The position numbers and the translations under genes are program-made. A stretch of 64,000 nucleotides of DNA, from NCBI GenBank assembly GCA_963769695.1, contig CAVYMX010000001.1:297907-361906 (forward strand), given 5' to 3'. The DNA is from an uncultured Solirubrobacterales bacterium. GTDB lineage: Bacteria; Actinomycetota; Thermoleophilia; Solirubrobacterales; Solirubrobacteraceae. Shown here in pieces: positions 37,652 through 46,978 of the stretch (its first letter is position 1; each line of letters starts with the position of its first letter). The notes beneath the pieces were generated by a model. It saw nothing but the letters and a program-made list of their open reading frames with translations, did not search any database and was not told the origin of the DNA.

Positions 37652-37886
37652 CAGGGTCTGGAGCTTTCACCGAAGAAACGTTGAGATTTCGGCGGTTCGT
37701 TTGCAAAGCGCTTGATCGAAGCCGATGCGGGCGTGGGGCGTGCTGGCGCGTTCCCCGAGTGGGCAGCCTCGCCTGGCGCGCCCGCCCGCCGGCACTCCCC
37801 ACTTTTCTTTCTCGCTGGTTCGAAGGTACGGCGCCATACTACGGGCCAGTGACGATCCGGCTGCACGCTCCGCGGGCGGGCTGACG

Positions 37887-38057
37887 ATGGGCAACTACGA
37901 CGACGACGACGACTGGGTCGGCACGCCGCCCGAGGGCCGCTACTCGCGAGATCGCGCGAAACCCGAGTTCTGGCGCCATCAGCGGCCAGTCAGCTTCGCC
38001 GCCGCGGGGCTCGCGCTGGTCGTGATCGTGGTCATCTTGATCGCGATTTTGCGCTGA
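37887..38057 (+). CDS. Small membrane protein
   Basis: 56 aa MGNYDDDDDWVGTPPEGRY with C-terminal TM helix. Confidence 0.6.
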   Translation: MGNYDDDDDWVGTPPEGRYSRDRAKPEFWRHQRPVSFAAAGLALVVIVVILIAILR

Positions 38058-38172
38058 CGGGGGGTAAATGGGTAAAGAAATCGCGGTCGGCTCCGAGTTC
38101 ATAGGACGAAGGTGAAATTCCCGCCGCCAAGCGCGAGCGGAGCACCTAGTCAACACAACCAGGAGTCGAGAA

Positions 38173-38424
38173 ATGAGCACCATGCAAATGGCGGCCGGGC
38201 AGCTCGAAGTCCATCTGGGATCGACCGTGTCGGTCACCGACGCGGATGCGGATTACCAGAAGACGTTCACGATCGTCGATCCTCACGCGGCCAAGCCGAC
38301 AGACGGCAGGCTCTCCTCGGCGTCCCCCGTCGGAGGCGCGCTGATCGGCCATCGGGTCGGGGACCTCGTCAAGGTTCGGACGCCGAAGGGCGTGCGGCAG
38401 CTGATCATCGCCGCGATCGGTTGA
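38173..38424 (+). CDS. GreA/GreB C-terminal-domain-only protein
   Basis: VHLGSTVSV, FTIV, LSSASPVGGALIGHRVGD..TPKG. AGGAG SD. Confidence 0.8.
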   Translation: MSTMQMAAGQLEVHLGSTVSVTDADADYQKTFTIVDPHAAKPTDGRLSSASPVGGALIGHRVGDLVKVRTPKGVRQLIIAAIG

Positions 38425-38451
38425 GGCGCTCCCGCAGGGAAGCTCCACCAC

Positions 38452-39381
38452 TCAGCGCCCGGAATCCTCGGCGAGAATCCGCGGGCTGTCGATGATGATC
38501 TGCCGTCGGCGCAGGCCGCTGATAAACGGCTCCTGATCGGTGAACCTGACAAGCGTCGCCACCGCAGGGCGAAGTCGAACACTCATCGTCCTGAGCCTCA
38601 TCTCGGTTGGCTGTCCATCGAGCTCCAGACGCGCCTCACCATGGCGGGTGTCGATCGTGAGCTCGAGCTCGGACTCCGCGCCGGCCACCAGCGGCGGGCA
38701 CATCCCCCCGTGAGCGGTGAGCGGCGTGAGCAGGAAGGCGTCAGTCCGCAGCGCCAGCAGCGGACCGCCCGCCGCGAGCGCATAGGCGCTCGAGCCGATC
38801 GGGGTGCTGACGATGCATCCGTCGCCGGCGAAGCGGGCGTAGAGCACGCCGTCAAGCGCGGCGTACACGCGGACCTGGCCCGCGCCGGACCGAACGATCG
38901 CGATGTCGTTGAACGCCAGCAGCGGCTCCGTGGTTGCGGACGGGCCCCCGCGACCTTCGGCATCGCACCGGCACTCGAGCGCCGGAAGCGGCTTTGGCAT
39001 CCAGTCTCCGCGGCTGAAGCGCTCGAGCGCCCGCGCCACGTCCTTGGCGGGGACGGCGGTCAGCGCCCCGATGCTCCCACAGGCGACGCCGAGCACGGGA
39101 CGGCCGGCCTCAGCGCCGGTGCGGGTCGCGGCCAGCATCGTGCCGTCGCCGCCGATCGAGACGAGCAGGTCGCAGTCGGTCGCCGAGCCGAACTGGGCGA
39201 GCTGCTGCTGCCGGCAGGGTGCCTGCACCTGAACGATGTCGACGTTGCGCTCGGCCGCCCAGTCGCGGAGGCTGCGCAGCGGGCGCTCCACGGACCTGCT
39301 GGGATGGGCGACGATGCCGATGCGCGCGAGCGACGGGGGCGCAGAACGAGTCGGTTCGATCGTTTCGGAGAGCTCGGGCAT
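38452..39381 (-). CDS. NAD(+)/NADH kinase
   Basis: GGDGT, AFND, GDGCIVSTPIGSSAYALAAGGP. Confidence 0.9.
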   Translation of the reverse strand: MPELSETIEPTRSAPPSLARIGIVAHPSRSVERPLRSLRDWAAERNVDIVQVQAPCRQQQLAQFGSATDCDLLVSIGGDGTMLAATRTGAEAGRPVLGVACGSIGALTAVPAKDVARALERFSRGDWMPKPLPALECRCDAEGRGGPSATTEPLLAFNDIAIVRSGAGQVRVYAALDGVLYARFAGDGCIVSTPIGSSAYALAAGGPLLALRTDAFLLTPLTAHGGMCPPLVAGAESELELTIDTRHGEARLELDGQPTEMRLRTMSVRLRPAVATLVRFTDQEPFISGLRRRQIIIDSPRILAEDSGR

Positions 39382-39415
39382 GACCGCGGTGTCCCCAAAG
39401 TATGATCGCTGCGCC

Positions 39416-39967
39416 GTGCCCGACCGCCTGTACTTCACGAACTCAGACGAAGCCAACGCACTGATCGCCCAAGATCCGATGGCGCTGCTGATCGGCTTCG
39501 CGCTCGACCAGCAGGTCACGGTGCAGAAGGCGTTCTCGGGACCGCTGGTCTTGCAACAGCGCCTCGGCACCCTCGATGCGGCCGCGGTCGCGGCGGCCGA
39601 GCTCGAGTCGATCTTTCGTACGCCGCCGGCGATCCACCGCTTCCCGGGCTCGATGGCCGGCCGGGTCCATCACCTCGCCGCGTACGTGCGCGACAACTAC
39701 GACGGCGACGCCGCGCGAGTGTGGACAGAGGCAGCTGACGCGGTGCAACTGCGCGCCAACCTAGCCGCGCTGCCGGGCTTCGGAGAGATGAAGGTCAAGG
39801 CGCTGGGAGCGGTGCTGGCCAAGCGCTTCGACGTCGAGGCGGCGGAGGCTCTCGTGCCGTGGCATCCCACGCTCGGGGATGTCGACTCACCGCAGGCGCT
39901 GGCAGATTATCAGGCGGCCAAGCGGCTCCACAAGGCCGAATGGTCGAAGGCGCAGCGCCGCGTGTAG
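39416..39967 (+). CDS. HhH-GPD-type base excision repair-like protein
   Basis: ALLIGFALDQQV, PAIHRFPGSMA, LPGFGEMK. Confidence 0.85.
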   Translation: MPDRLYFTNSDEANALIAQDPMALLIGFALDQQVTVQKAFSGPLVLQQRLGTLDAAAVAAAELESIFRTPPAIHRFPGSMAGRVHHLAAYVRDNYDGDAARVWTEAADAVQLRANLAALPGFGEMKVKALGAVLAKRFDVEAAEALVPWHPTLGDVDSPQALADYQAAKRLHKAEWSKAQRRV

Positions 39968-39972
39968 GGCCG

Positions 39973-40170
39973 CTAGGCGGCCAGGTGGAGATCTCCGGAT
40001 TGGCGCTCGTGCGGGCTCGAGGAAACCAGGGCCAGGGCTGCGCGGCTGCTGGCCAGCGCGAGCTGCTGGTGTTGGGCGTCGATGCTCGCCCGTTGGCATC
40101 CAGGGCAGGCTCCGCGGTGCGTCGGGTGCTCTGAGCAGTGCGCGTTCCTGCTCGTCGGGGTTCGGGTCAT
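39973..40170 (-). CDS. Small hypothetical protein with CxxH..CxxC
   Basis: 65 aa, AAGGAG SD, HCSEHPTHRGACPGCQ. Confidence 0.5.
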   Translation of the reverse strand: MTRTPTSRNAHCSEHPTHRGACPGCQRASIDAQHQQLALASSRAALALVSSSPHERQSGDLHLAA

Positions 40171-40354
40171 GAGGACTCCTTCGTATTGCGTGTGTCCGGA
40201 CCGAACCGGTCGTCGAAACCACCCCGTCCGGCCGAGAAACTGATACGGATGCAATCCGCTCCCATCGGTGTCGGCATCGACCTCGCGGGCGCCGGCATCG
40301 ACAGCGAAAACCCCACGGCTTAGATCCGTACGATCCCGCAAGAGAGGTGACGAA

Positions 40355-41056
40355 TTGCCGCTGTTCGGTTCAACCAACGTCCAGAAGCTGATCGACAAGC
40401 GGGACCTGAGGCGGTTGTCGAATGCCCTGTCGGACAACGATCCTTCCGTCCGCGACCACGCCGCGCAGGGGCTCGTCCAGCTCGGCGACGCCGGCTGCGT
40501 CCCGTCCGTGGTCGATGTGCTGCTGGCCCACCAGCAGCAGGACGGCGTGCTCGACGCCGGGATCGGTGTGTTACGAGGGCTGGCGTCCGATGCCGTGCCC
40601 TCGCTGGTCGTGGGCCTGCGCAGCGGACCGCCGGACAAGCGCGCGGGCTACGCCGCACTGCTCGGCCGGCTGGGCCCCCAGTACGGACTGGAGCCGCTGC
40701 TCGAGGCCTCGCACGACCCTGACGGGGCAATGCGCGCGGTCGCGGCGATGGGGCTCGGCCTGGTCGAAGCGCCGCCCGCGGCGGCGCGGCTTGCCGAGAT
40801 CGTCGAGGCGGACGAGAGCATGGAGGCGCGTGGCTATGCGGGCTTTGCGATGGCGACCCACCACGTGGCCGGCGCGTACGAGACGCTGGTCGCCCAGCTC
40901 GACAGCGACGATCCAGCCAGTCGAGGAGTCGCGGCTAGCAACCTCGGGATCCTCGGCGACTCGCGCGCCGCCGAGCGGCTCGGGCAGCTTGCCGAACAGG
41001 ACGGCGACCAGCGGGTACGCGATGCGGCCCGTGGCGCGCTCGGGTCGCTTGGCTAG
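40355..41056 (+). CDS. HEAT-repeat protein
   Basis: Repeated D.D..VR..AA..LG units. GAGGTG SD before TTG. Confidence 0.8.
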   Translation: MPLFGSTNVQKLIDKRDLRRLSNALSDNDPSVRDHAAQGLVQLGDAGCVPSVVDVLLAHQQQDGVLDAGIGVLRGLASDAVPSLVVGLRSGPPDKRAGYAALLGRLGPQYGLEPLLEASHDPDGAMRAVAAMGLGLVEAPPAAARLAEIVEADESMEARGYAGFAMATHHVAGAYETLVAQLDSDDPASRGVAASNLGILGDSRAAERLGQLAEQDGDQRVRDAARGALGSLG

Positions 41057-41140
41057 CTTGGGTCGGTTGGGTCGGTTGGGTCGGTTGGGTCGGTTGGGTC
41101 GGTTGGGTCGCTTGGCTAGCTTGGGTCGCTTGGGTCGCTT
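41042..41140 (+). repeat. 9-bp tandem repeat x11 (GGGTCG[G/C]TT / GGCTAGCTT)
   Basis: Direct reading. Lies between convergent genes. Confidence 0.9.
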
Positions 41141-41158
41141 GGCGGTTGAGGGTGTGCG

Positions 41159-42685
41159 TCAGGCGCGGTTGGCGCGCGTCGCGAGCAGCTCTCGCGCCTG
41201 GGCGTGGGCGCCGTTGGACGAGGCGCCGTCGCCGTGGCCCAGGCCCGCGGCCACGCGGGCGCCGAGCTGATCGTCGACGTTTGCCCAGTACGCGATCACT
41301 CGTGCCTGCATCTCGGCGGAGACCTCATTGCTCGCGTGCCCGACGATGTTGTGCACGAGGTGCTCGCGGTCGGTGTCGTTCATCACCTTGCGGTACATCG
41401 TGCCCGGCTGCCCGAAGTCATCGTCGTCGGCGTGCTTCTCGTACGCGTAGCGCCCGAGCTCGCCTTCCGGCACGGGCCAGAACAGGTCCGAGCCGTGGGC
41501 CGGGTCCGCCTCCGGGCCATCGAGCGAGCTCGGCGCGTAGACGGGCTGACTGCCGGGGTTGCGGTAGGTCATCGCGCCGTCCTTGTTGTAGGAGTGCACG
41601 GGCGACTTCGGGGCGTTGATCGGGAGCTGCTCGTAGTTGGCGCCGATCCGGTGCAGGTGGGTGTCGTGGTAGGAGAAGATCCGGCCCATCAGCATCCTGT
41701 CGGGACTCAGGCCGGTCCCCGGCACGAGGTTGGCGGGCGAGAAGCCAGCCTGCTCCACCTCGGCAAAGAAGTTCTCCGGGTTGCGGTCGAGCACCAGCCG
41801 GCCGACCTGGATCGGCGGGTAGTCCTCGTGTGGCCACACCTTGGTCAGATCAAACGGGTTGAAGCGGTAATCGGCTGCCTGATCGAAGGGCATGATCTGC
41901 ATCTCCAGCCGCCACTCCGGCGCGTTGCCTGACTGAATCGCGGTGAACAGGTCCCGGCGATGGAAGTCCGGATCCTCGGCCGTCATCACCCTCGCCTCGG
42001 AATCGGTGAAGTTCTCAATTCCCTGGACCGTCTTGAAGTGGTACTTGACCCAGAACCGGGCCCCGGCGGCATTGATCCACGAATACGTGTGGGAGCTGTA
42101 GCCGTTCTGATGGCGCCACGTGCGCGGCGTGCCCCGGTCCGACATCAGGATCATCACCTGATGCGCGCTTTCTGGCGAAAGCGTCCAGAAGTCCCACTGC
42201 ATCTCGTTGCTGCGCAAGCCCGTGTCCGGCAGGCGCTTCTGCGAGTGGATGAAGTCCTGGAACTTCGTCGGGTCGCGGACGAAGAACACCGGCGTGTTGT
42301 TGCCGACGAGGTCGTGGTTGCCCTCGTCGGTGTAGATCTTGATCGCGAACCCGCGCGGGTCCCGCACCGTGTCGGGGAAGCCCTGTTCGCCGGCGACCGT
42401 CGAGAACCGCAGGAAGACCGGGGAGCGCTTCCCAGGCTGGAGAAAGTCCGCCTTCGTGTACTGCCTCACATCCTCGGTGACCTCGAAGAACCCGTGGGCG
42501 CCGCCACCCTTGGCGTGCACGACCCGCTCCGGAACCCGTTCGCGGTTGAAGTGCTGCATCTTCTGCACGACGTAGTGGTCGTGGAGCGGGATCGGGCCGC
42601 CGGGACCGACGGTGACCGAGAACTCATCGCTGGTCGCCGGGATCCCCGAGTCGGTTGTTGTTCTGGGTCGCTTTGGGTCGGGCAT
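41159..42685 (-). CDS. katA: Monofunctional heme catalase (small subunit)
   Basis: FNRERVPERVVHAKG, RDPRGFA, NNTPVFF, RIFSYHDTH. Confidence 0.95.
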   Translation of the reverse strand: MPDPKRPRTTTDSGIPATSDEFSVTVGPGGPIPLHDHYVVQKMQHFNRERVPERVVHAKGGGAHGFFEVTEDVRQYTKADFLQPGKRSPVFLRFSTVAGEQGFPDTVRDPRGFAIKIYTDEGNHDLVGNNTPVFFVRDPTKFQDFIHSQKRLPDTGLRSNEMQWDFWTLSPESAHQVMILMSDRGTPRTWRHQNGYSSHTYSWINAAGARFWVKYHFKTVQGIENFTDSEARVMTAEDPDFHRRDLFTAIQSGNAPEWRLEMQIMPFDQAADYRFNPFDLTKVWPHEDYPPIQVGRLVLDRNPENFFAEVEQAGFSPANLVPGTGLSPDRMLMGRIFSYHDTHLHRIGANYEQLPINAPKSPVHSYNKDGAMTYRNPGSQPVYAPSSLDGPEADPAHGSDLFWPVPEGELGRYAYEKHADDDDFGQPGTMYRKVMNDTDREHLVHNIVGHASNEVSAEMQARVIAYWANVDDQLGARVAAGLGHGDGASSNGAHAQARELLATRANRA

Positions 42686-42799
42686 TCGGTGGCTCCTTGC
42701 CGTCGTGGATCGCGCTTGTCCTTGATCTCGGTTACCCGGGAATGGGTTGGCGTATCGCGGGGCTGCACGGGCCGGGGGCCGAGGCCGTGGGGGAGGGCC

Positions 42800-42850
42800 G
42801 GATGCGGGGCCGACGGATGTCAGCAATCTGACAATTTCGCCTGCACGCGG
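42800..42850 (-). repeat. Partial copy of dispersed palindromic element
   Basis: TGTCAGCAATCTGACAATTTCGCCTGCA matches 43240-43267. Confidence 0.65.
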
Positions 42851-43020
42851 CCGGCGGGCGGCTGGCAGCGGGGGGGCGGCGGCCGGGTGGTGGCCGGTCG
42901 CCGGTGGCCGGTGGCCGGTGGCCGGGCGGCCGGCGGGTGGCGGGTGGCGGGTGGCGGGCGGCCGGTGGCCGGTGGCCGGGCGGCGGGCGGCGGGCGGCCG
43001 GCCGGTGGCGCCCGGCGGCC
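42850..43020 (+). repeat. G-rich degenerate 7-bp tandem repeat (GG[C/T]GG[C/G]C-type)
   Basis: Runs of GGTGGCC / GGCGGGT. Confidence 0.75.
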
Positions 43021-43166
43021 CAACCTACCCTCGGCGGATGAGGGCACGCTGAATCGAAAATAGTTGCTGGCCGGACAGCGAGAGTGGAACACCGCTACTA
43101 CGTCGGGTCTCGTGCTGGCGGAATTGGGCCCGCGGGCAGGCCGGGTTAGGCCCGGGGTCACTGCTG

Positions 43167-43400
43167 GTGCCGTGCAGGGCGGTAGCGGTGTGGTCCGCTC
43201 GGGGAACGGCGCTGGTGAGGGTGTGGCCGCACCGGATGGTGTCAGTAATCTGACAATTTCGCCTGCATACGGGGACAAACCGCGCGCGCCTGTCGGGCCT
43301 TGGCTACATAAGCATGTGGGGCATGCTTATGTAACCAAGGTCGGCTGAGCGTTCGCACTTTGGGCCTGTATGCATGCCGCCGAGGCGCATTTCGGCCCGC
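43167..43400 (-). repeat. Dispersed ~230-bp palindromic element, full copy
   Basis: Inverted homolog of 28381-28615. Hairpin at 43298-43340. Confidence 0.85.
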
Positions 43401-43407
43401 GGGGGCT

Positions 43408-43535
43408 TCCCGCCGTCCCGCCGCCCCCGAGCCCCCGCCGCCGCCCCGTCCGAGCCCCCCGCCGCCCGCAGGCCCCTGCGCGAGTCCCCGCCGCCCGCCC
43501 CCCCGAGCCCCCGCCGCCCCCGAGCCGCATCCCCG
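43408..43535 (+). repeat. C-rich low-complexity repeat (CCGCCCCCGAGCC-like)
   Basis: Direct reading. Confidence 0.65.
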
Positions 43536-43569
43536 GCCGACCGAATCTCGCCGGCCGAGACCGAAGTCG

Positions 43570-44976
43570 CTAAAGCCCGACCTCGGCAGTCACCCGACCC
43601 GAGTCGACCGCCGCGACAAGCTGCCGGTAGTCCCGTTCGTTCTGCTCGGCGTAGGACTGTGAGAACTCGATGATCGCCCGGTCGAACGCGTCGCTGTTGC
43701 CGAGGTAGGCCGCGATGCCGACGCGGTCCCCCGTCCGTGCGTGTGCGCGCGCGAGCGTCCAGCCGCACAACCTGCCATAGGCCGCCATGCCGCCGGGGAG
43801 CATCTGCTCGACCTCTGCCGAGCCCTTCCAATCCCTCAGCTGACGGCAGTAGAAGTCCCGTGAGTTGCCGGGCTCGAAGTCGACGTGCAGCCAGCCGAGG
43901 AAGATGTCGCTGCTCGCCTGCATCAGGCGCTGACCGACGACGACTCGTTGTCCGTGGTTGGAGAAGGCGCTATCGGTGAGGACTTCCTCGAGCACCGAAG
44001 CCTCAGCCTCCTTGACCTGGATGAACAGTGGTTCCTTGCCGTTACGACCGAGGAGGAGGGCGATCCAGCTCCGGGTTCCGACGCTCCCGACACCGACGAC
44101 CTTGCGAGCGAAGTCGGCGAGCCGGAACTGTTCCAGCAGGACGCGTCGCTCGAACGGCAGCGTCTCGCGGTAGATCTCGAGGATCGTGCGCAGGGCGTCA
44201 AGGATGACCTCGCGCCGGGCGCCATCCGCCATCCGGTCGATCGGGACGATCAGCGGGGCGTGATCGACGATCCGCCGTTCGCCGTCGACGACATGCGTCA
44301 GCTTGGAGAAGGCCGACATGCTGTCACGCGTGCGAGCGTGCGCGAGCGCCTTCTCGGTGCGCTTGATCACTCCCGGTTTGAATTGTGCGGCGTACTGCTC
44401 GATGACACTCTCGATCTCCAGCCGCGAGTACCACACCTGGAGGTGGTCCATCGCCGCAAAGCCGGCCATCGCGGTTCGGTAGGTGCTGACCGTGTCGCGC
44501 ACGATCTGCTGCTGCTGCTGGCGGCGAAAACCGTTGCTTTGGGCCGCGATCAGCATGCTCGCGGCGAGCCGCTTGACGTCCCACTCCCACGGTCCGGGGA
44601 GGGTCTCGTCGAAGTCGTTGAGGTCGAACACCAGTCGCCGGTCGGGCGAGGCGAATACGCCGAAGTTCGACAGGTGCGCATCCCCGCAGCACTGCGCATT
44701 CAACCCCGATCGGGGTGTGTGGCCGAGATCGCGGGCCATGATCCCCGCGGCGCCACGGTAGAAGGCGAAGGGCGAGACCAGCATCCGCCCGTAGCGGATC
44801 GGCACCAGCTCGGGAACGCGCGTCTGCGCCTGGCGCTCCAGCAGCTCAACCGGATCGATGCGATCGGGAGATGGGGCAAAGTCGGCATGACTTCTACGTG
44901 GAGCCGCTTTCCTGGCCGCCTTCCCGCGAGCGGCGCGCTCGGCGTCGCTCAGGTACTCGGCTGGCAGCGTACTCAC
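43570..44976 (-). CDS. DUF2252 family protein (kinase-like)
   Basis: RYGRMLVSPFAFYRGAA, CGDAHLSNFG, DLNDFDE, KVVGVGSVG, LARAHAR. Confidence 0.92.
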   Translation of the reverse strand: MSTLPAEYLSDAERAARGKAARKAAPRRSHADFAPSPDRIDPVELLERQAQTRVPELVPIRYGRMLVSPFAFYRGAAGIMARDLGHTPRSGLNAQCCGDAHLSNFGVFASPDRRLVFDLNDFDETLPGPWEWDVKRLAASMLIAAQSNGFRRQQQQQIVRDTVSTYRTAMAGFAAMDHLQVWYSRLEIESVIEQYAAQFKPGVIKRTEKALAHARTRDSMSAFSKLTHVVDGERRIVDHAPLIVPIDRMADGARREVILDALRTILEIYRETLPFERRVLLEQFRLADFARKVVGVGSVGTRSWIALLLGRNGKEPLFIQVKEAEASVLEEVLTDSAFSNHGQRVVVGQRLMQASSDIFLGWLHVDFEPGNSRDFYCRQLRDWKGSAEVEQMLPGGMAAYGRLCGWTLARAHARTGDRVGIAAYLGNSDAFDRAIIEFSQSYAEQNERDYRQLVAAVDSGRVTAEVGL

Positions 44977-45254
44977 GGCGCGGCGGCGCGCCGCTTTCGC
45001 CGGCGCATCAGTACGAGGCGGTCGACGACCACACCGAGCGCGAACGCGAGCACGATCACCAGGATCAACGGGGTCTCGCCGCTCGCGAACAACCAGTGGA
45101 CCTTGACGTCGTTGAGGTTGAGCAGCGAGAAGATGGCGACTAGTGCGCCGACGACGACGGCGAGGGTCAGACGCGTGCGGTCGCGCCGCTCAATAGCGCG
45201 AGGCGGCTGCGTCTCCGTCGCGCCACCTTCGACGGGGTCCAGGTCTGTCGTCAT
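44973..45254 (-). CDS. LapA/DUF1049 family membrane protein
   Basis: Two TMs flanking N..DVKVHWLF. Stop overlaps the DUF2252 start. Confidence 0.75.
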   Translation of the reverse strand: MTTDLDPVEGGATETQPPRAIERRDRTRLTLAVVVGALVAIFSLLNLNDVKVHWLFASGETPLILVIVLAFALGVVVDRLVLMRRRKRRAAAP

Positions 45255-45488
45255 CTCGGTCACGATCCCTTCGTAGGTGCGTCCGACCCAGTATGGCGTA
45301 GGTCTTCGCTCGGACCGAGTGGAGGAATTAGTTGACACCTCCATGGCACCACGTTCCCGGGTCGCGAGGACCATGTGTAACACCGGCCCGACGCGGCGCC
45401 TGGCGGCGGTAGCCGGGCAGGCCCGGTACGAGCTGGAGCTAAGCTTGAGCCGCTCCGGTGACCGAACGCAACCTTCGATAGCCACCCG

Positions 45489-45989
45489 ATGCTCCACCTC
45501 CCGCTGTGGCTGCGCTTTGTGCTGTCATTCGGGGTCGCAGCGGCGCTGCTGATCGCCCTAGTGCGGTTCGTCGACAGCAACAACTCGAACTCCGAGGGGC
45601 CCGTGAATCCTGCGGCTGCGGCAGAGCAAAGCCGTGAAGCGGCAATCCTCGTCGGCGAGGATCAGGCGCCCCACGTGAAGCGGTTGAACTCGGGAGCGGC
45701 CCCCGCCGCTGCGCTCGCGCGCGCGGTCGGGACTGACATCGCGGGTCTGATCTCCAAGCAGCAGCTGGCCGGCCCGCTCGGGGGCTCATCGTGCAGCGAG
45801 ACGGGACGCCATACCCAGACCCGCCTCGCCTTCAGCTGTACGGTCCGCGCCGGGGGCGTCAGCTATCCGTTCCTCGGCGTCGTCGACCTGAGTAGGCGGC
45901 TGGTCACCTACTGCAAGCGCGATCCGCCGCCGGTCCCGTCGGAGAACATCCCGGTGAGCAGCCGTTGCCTGCCCGCGGCGCGCGGTTGA
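45489..45989 (+). CDS. Hypothetical membrane-anchored protein
   Basis: N-terminal TM, four Cys, YPFLGVVD..YCKRDPPP. Confidence 0.65.
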   Translation: MLHLPLWLRFVLSFGVAAALLIALVRFVDSNNSNSEGPVNPAAAAEQSREAAILVGEDQAPHVKRLNSGAAPAAALARAVGTDIAGLISKQQLAGPLGGSSCSETGRHTQTRLAFSCTVRAGGVSYPFLGVVDLSRRLVTYCKRDPPPVPSENIPVSSRCLPAARG

Positions 45990-46069
45990 TGCGCACTGCC
46001 CGGCCCCCGGGCTTCCTAGACTGAGTTCCGACGCAGCCCTGCCCAGTTGCCCCAAGACGAGGAGCGAGA

Positions 46070-46489
46070 ATGTCGACATCACCCACAGACTTCAACTCCC
46101 AGGTCATTGACGAGTTCCGCGCCAACGAGGGACGCGTCGGCGGCATATTCGAGGGCGCGCCGATCCTGCTGCTGCATCACACAGGCGCAAAGACCGGGAC
46201 GAGCCGGGTCAGCCCGCTCGCTTACCTGCCTGACGACGGGCGCTACGTGGTGTTCGCGTCCAAGGGCGGGGCACCGACGAATCCCGACTGGTACCACAAC
46301 CTCAAGGCCAATCCCAACGTCAGGATCGAGGTTGGATCAGACACGGTCGAGGTCGTCGCGGGTGAGGCGAGCGGCGATGAACGCGAGCGCCTGTTTCGGA
46401 TGCAGGCGGAGCGGATGCCGCAGTTCGCCGAGTACCAGCAGAAGACCGATCGCCGGATTCCGGTGATCGTGTTGACGCCTCCCGCTTAG
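46070..46489 (+). CDS. Deazaflavin (F420)-dependent oxidoreductase, DDN/nitroreductase family
   Basis: FNSQVIDEFRAN.G, TGAKTG, ASKGG..PDWYHNL, YQ..T.R.IP. Confidence 0.92.
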   Translation: MSTSPTDFNSQVIDEFRANEGRVGGIFEGAPILLLHHTGAKTGTSRVSPLAYLPDDGRYVVFASKGGAPTNPDWYHNLKANPNVRIEVGSDTVEVVAGEASGDERERLFRMQAERMPQFAEYQQKTDRRIPVIVLTPPA

Positions 46490-46494
46490 CTGCG

Positions 46495-46582
46495 CTTCAG
46501 ATCCCGGGGCTTCGGATCCCGGGGCTTCGCATCCCGGGCCTTCGGCTCCCGGGCCTTCGGCTCCCGGGCTTCAGATCCCGGA
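46495..46582 (+). repeat. 15-bp tandem repeat x~6 (CTTCGGATCCCGGGG variants)
   Basis: Direct reading. Lies between convergent genes. Confidence 0.9.
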
Positions 46583-46831
46583 ACGGCCGAGCACCTCGCC
46601 GGCGTCGTCGCCGGACAGGCCGGCGCCGTCGAGCGCCTGCAGGCGCGTGCCGGCATGGCCGCAACCGAGCAGCTGACCGCCGCTGGCGTAGACGGAAACC
46701 GTCCACTTCCGATCACGGTCGTGTCCCACAACCCGTCGGCCGTCCGACAGCGTGACCGCGAAGTCACGAACCGGCCCAGCCATCTCGATTATTGGCTCCC
46801 AGGCCACTTGCGATCCCACGACTTCATCCAC
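46571..46831 (-). CDS. Small hypothetical protein
   Basis: 86-aa ORF with GC3 bias and GAGG upstream. Confidence 0.5.
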   Translation of the reverse strand: MDEVVGSQVAWEPIIEMAGPVRDFAVTLSDGRRVVGHDRDRKWTVSVYASGGQLLGCGHAGTRLQALDGAGLSGDDAGEVLGRSGI

Positions 46832-46978
46832 CCTCGTCGATTCGAACGATTTGTTTCACGCCTCGCGCGCTCCCGCGCTCGCGCGAGCGCCGAGACTAGT
46901 CAGCCGCGCCGCCAAACGCAACCGCTCGCTCCACTGAAAACGCAACCGTAATCTCCCCGGATCGCGCCGAGCCGGCGC

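Noticed and set aside
41042-41140. CRISPR array (also considered for 46495-46582 and 20292-20500)
   Set aside because: Contiguous short units without unique spacers, and no cas genes
46841-46858. LexA SOS box-like TCGAACGATTTGTTTCA
   Set aside because: Spacer is 5 nt rather than 4 and the right half-site is poor
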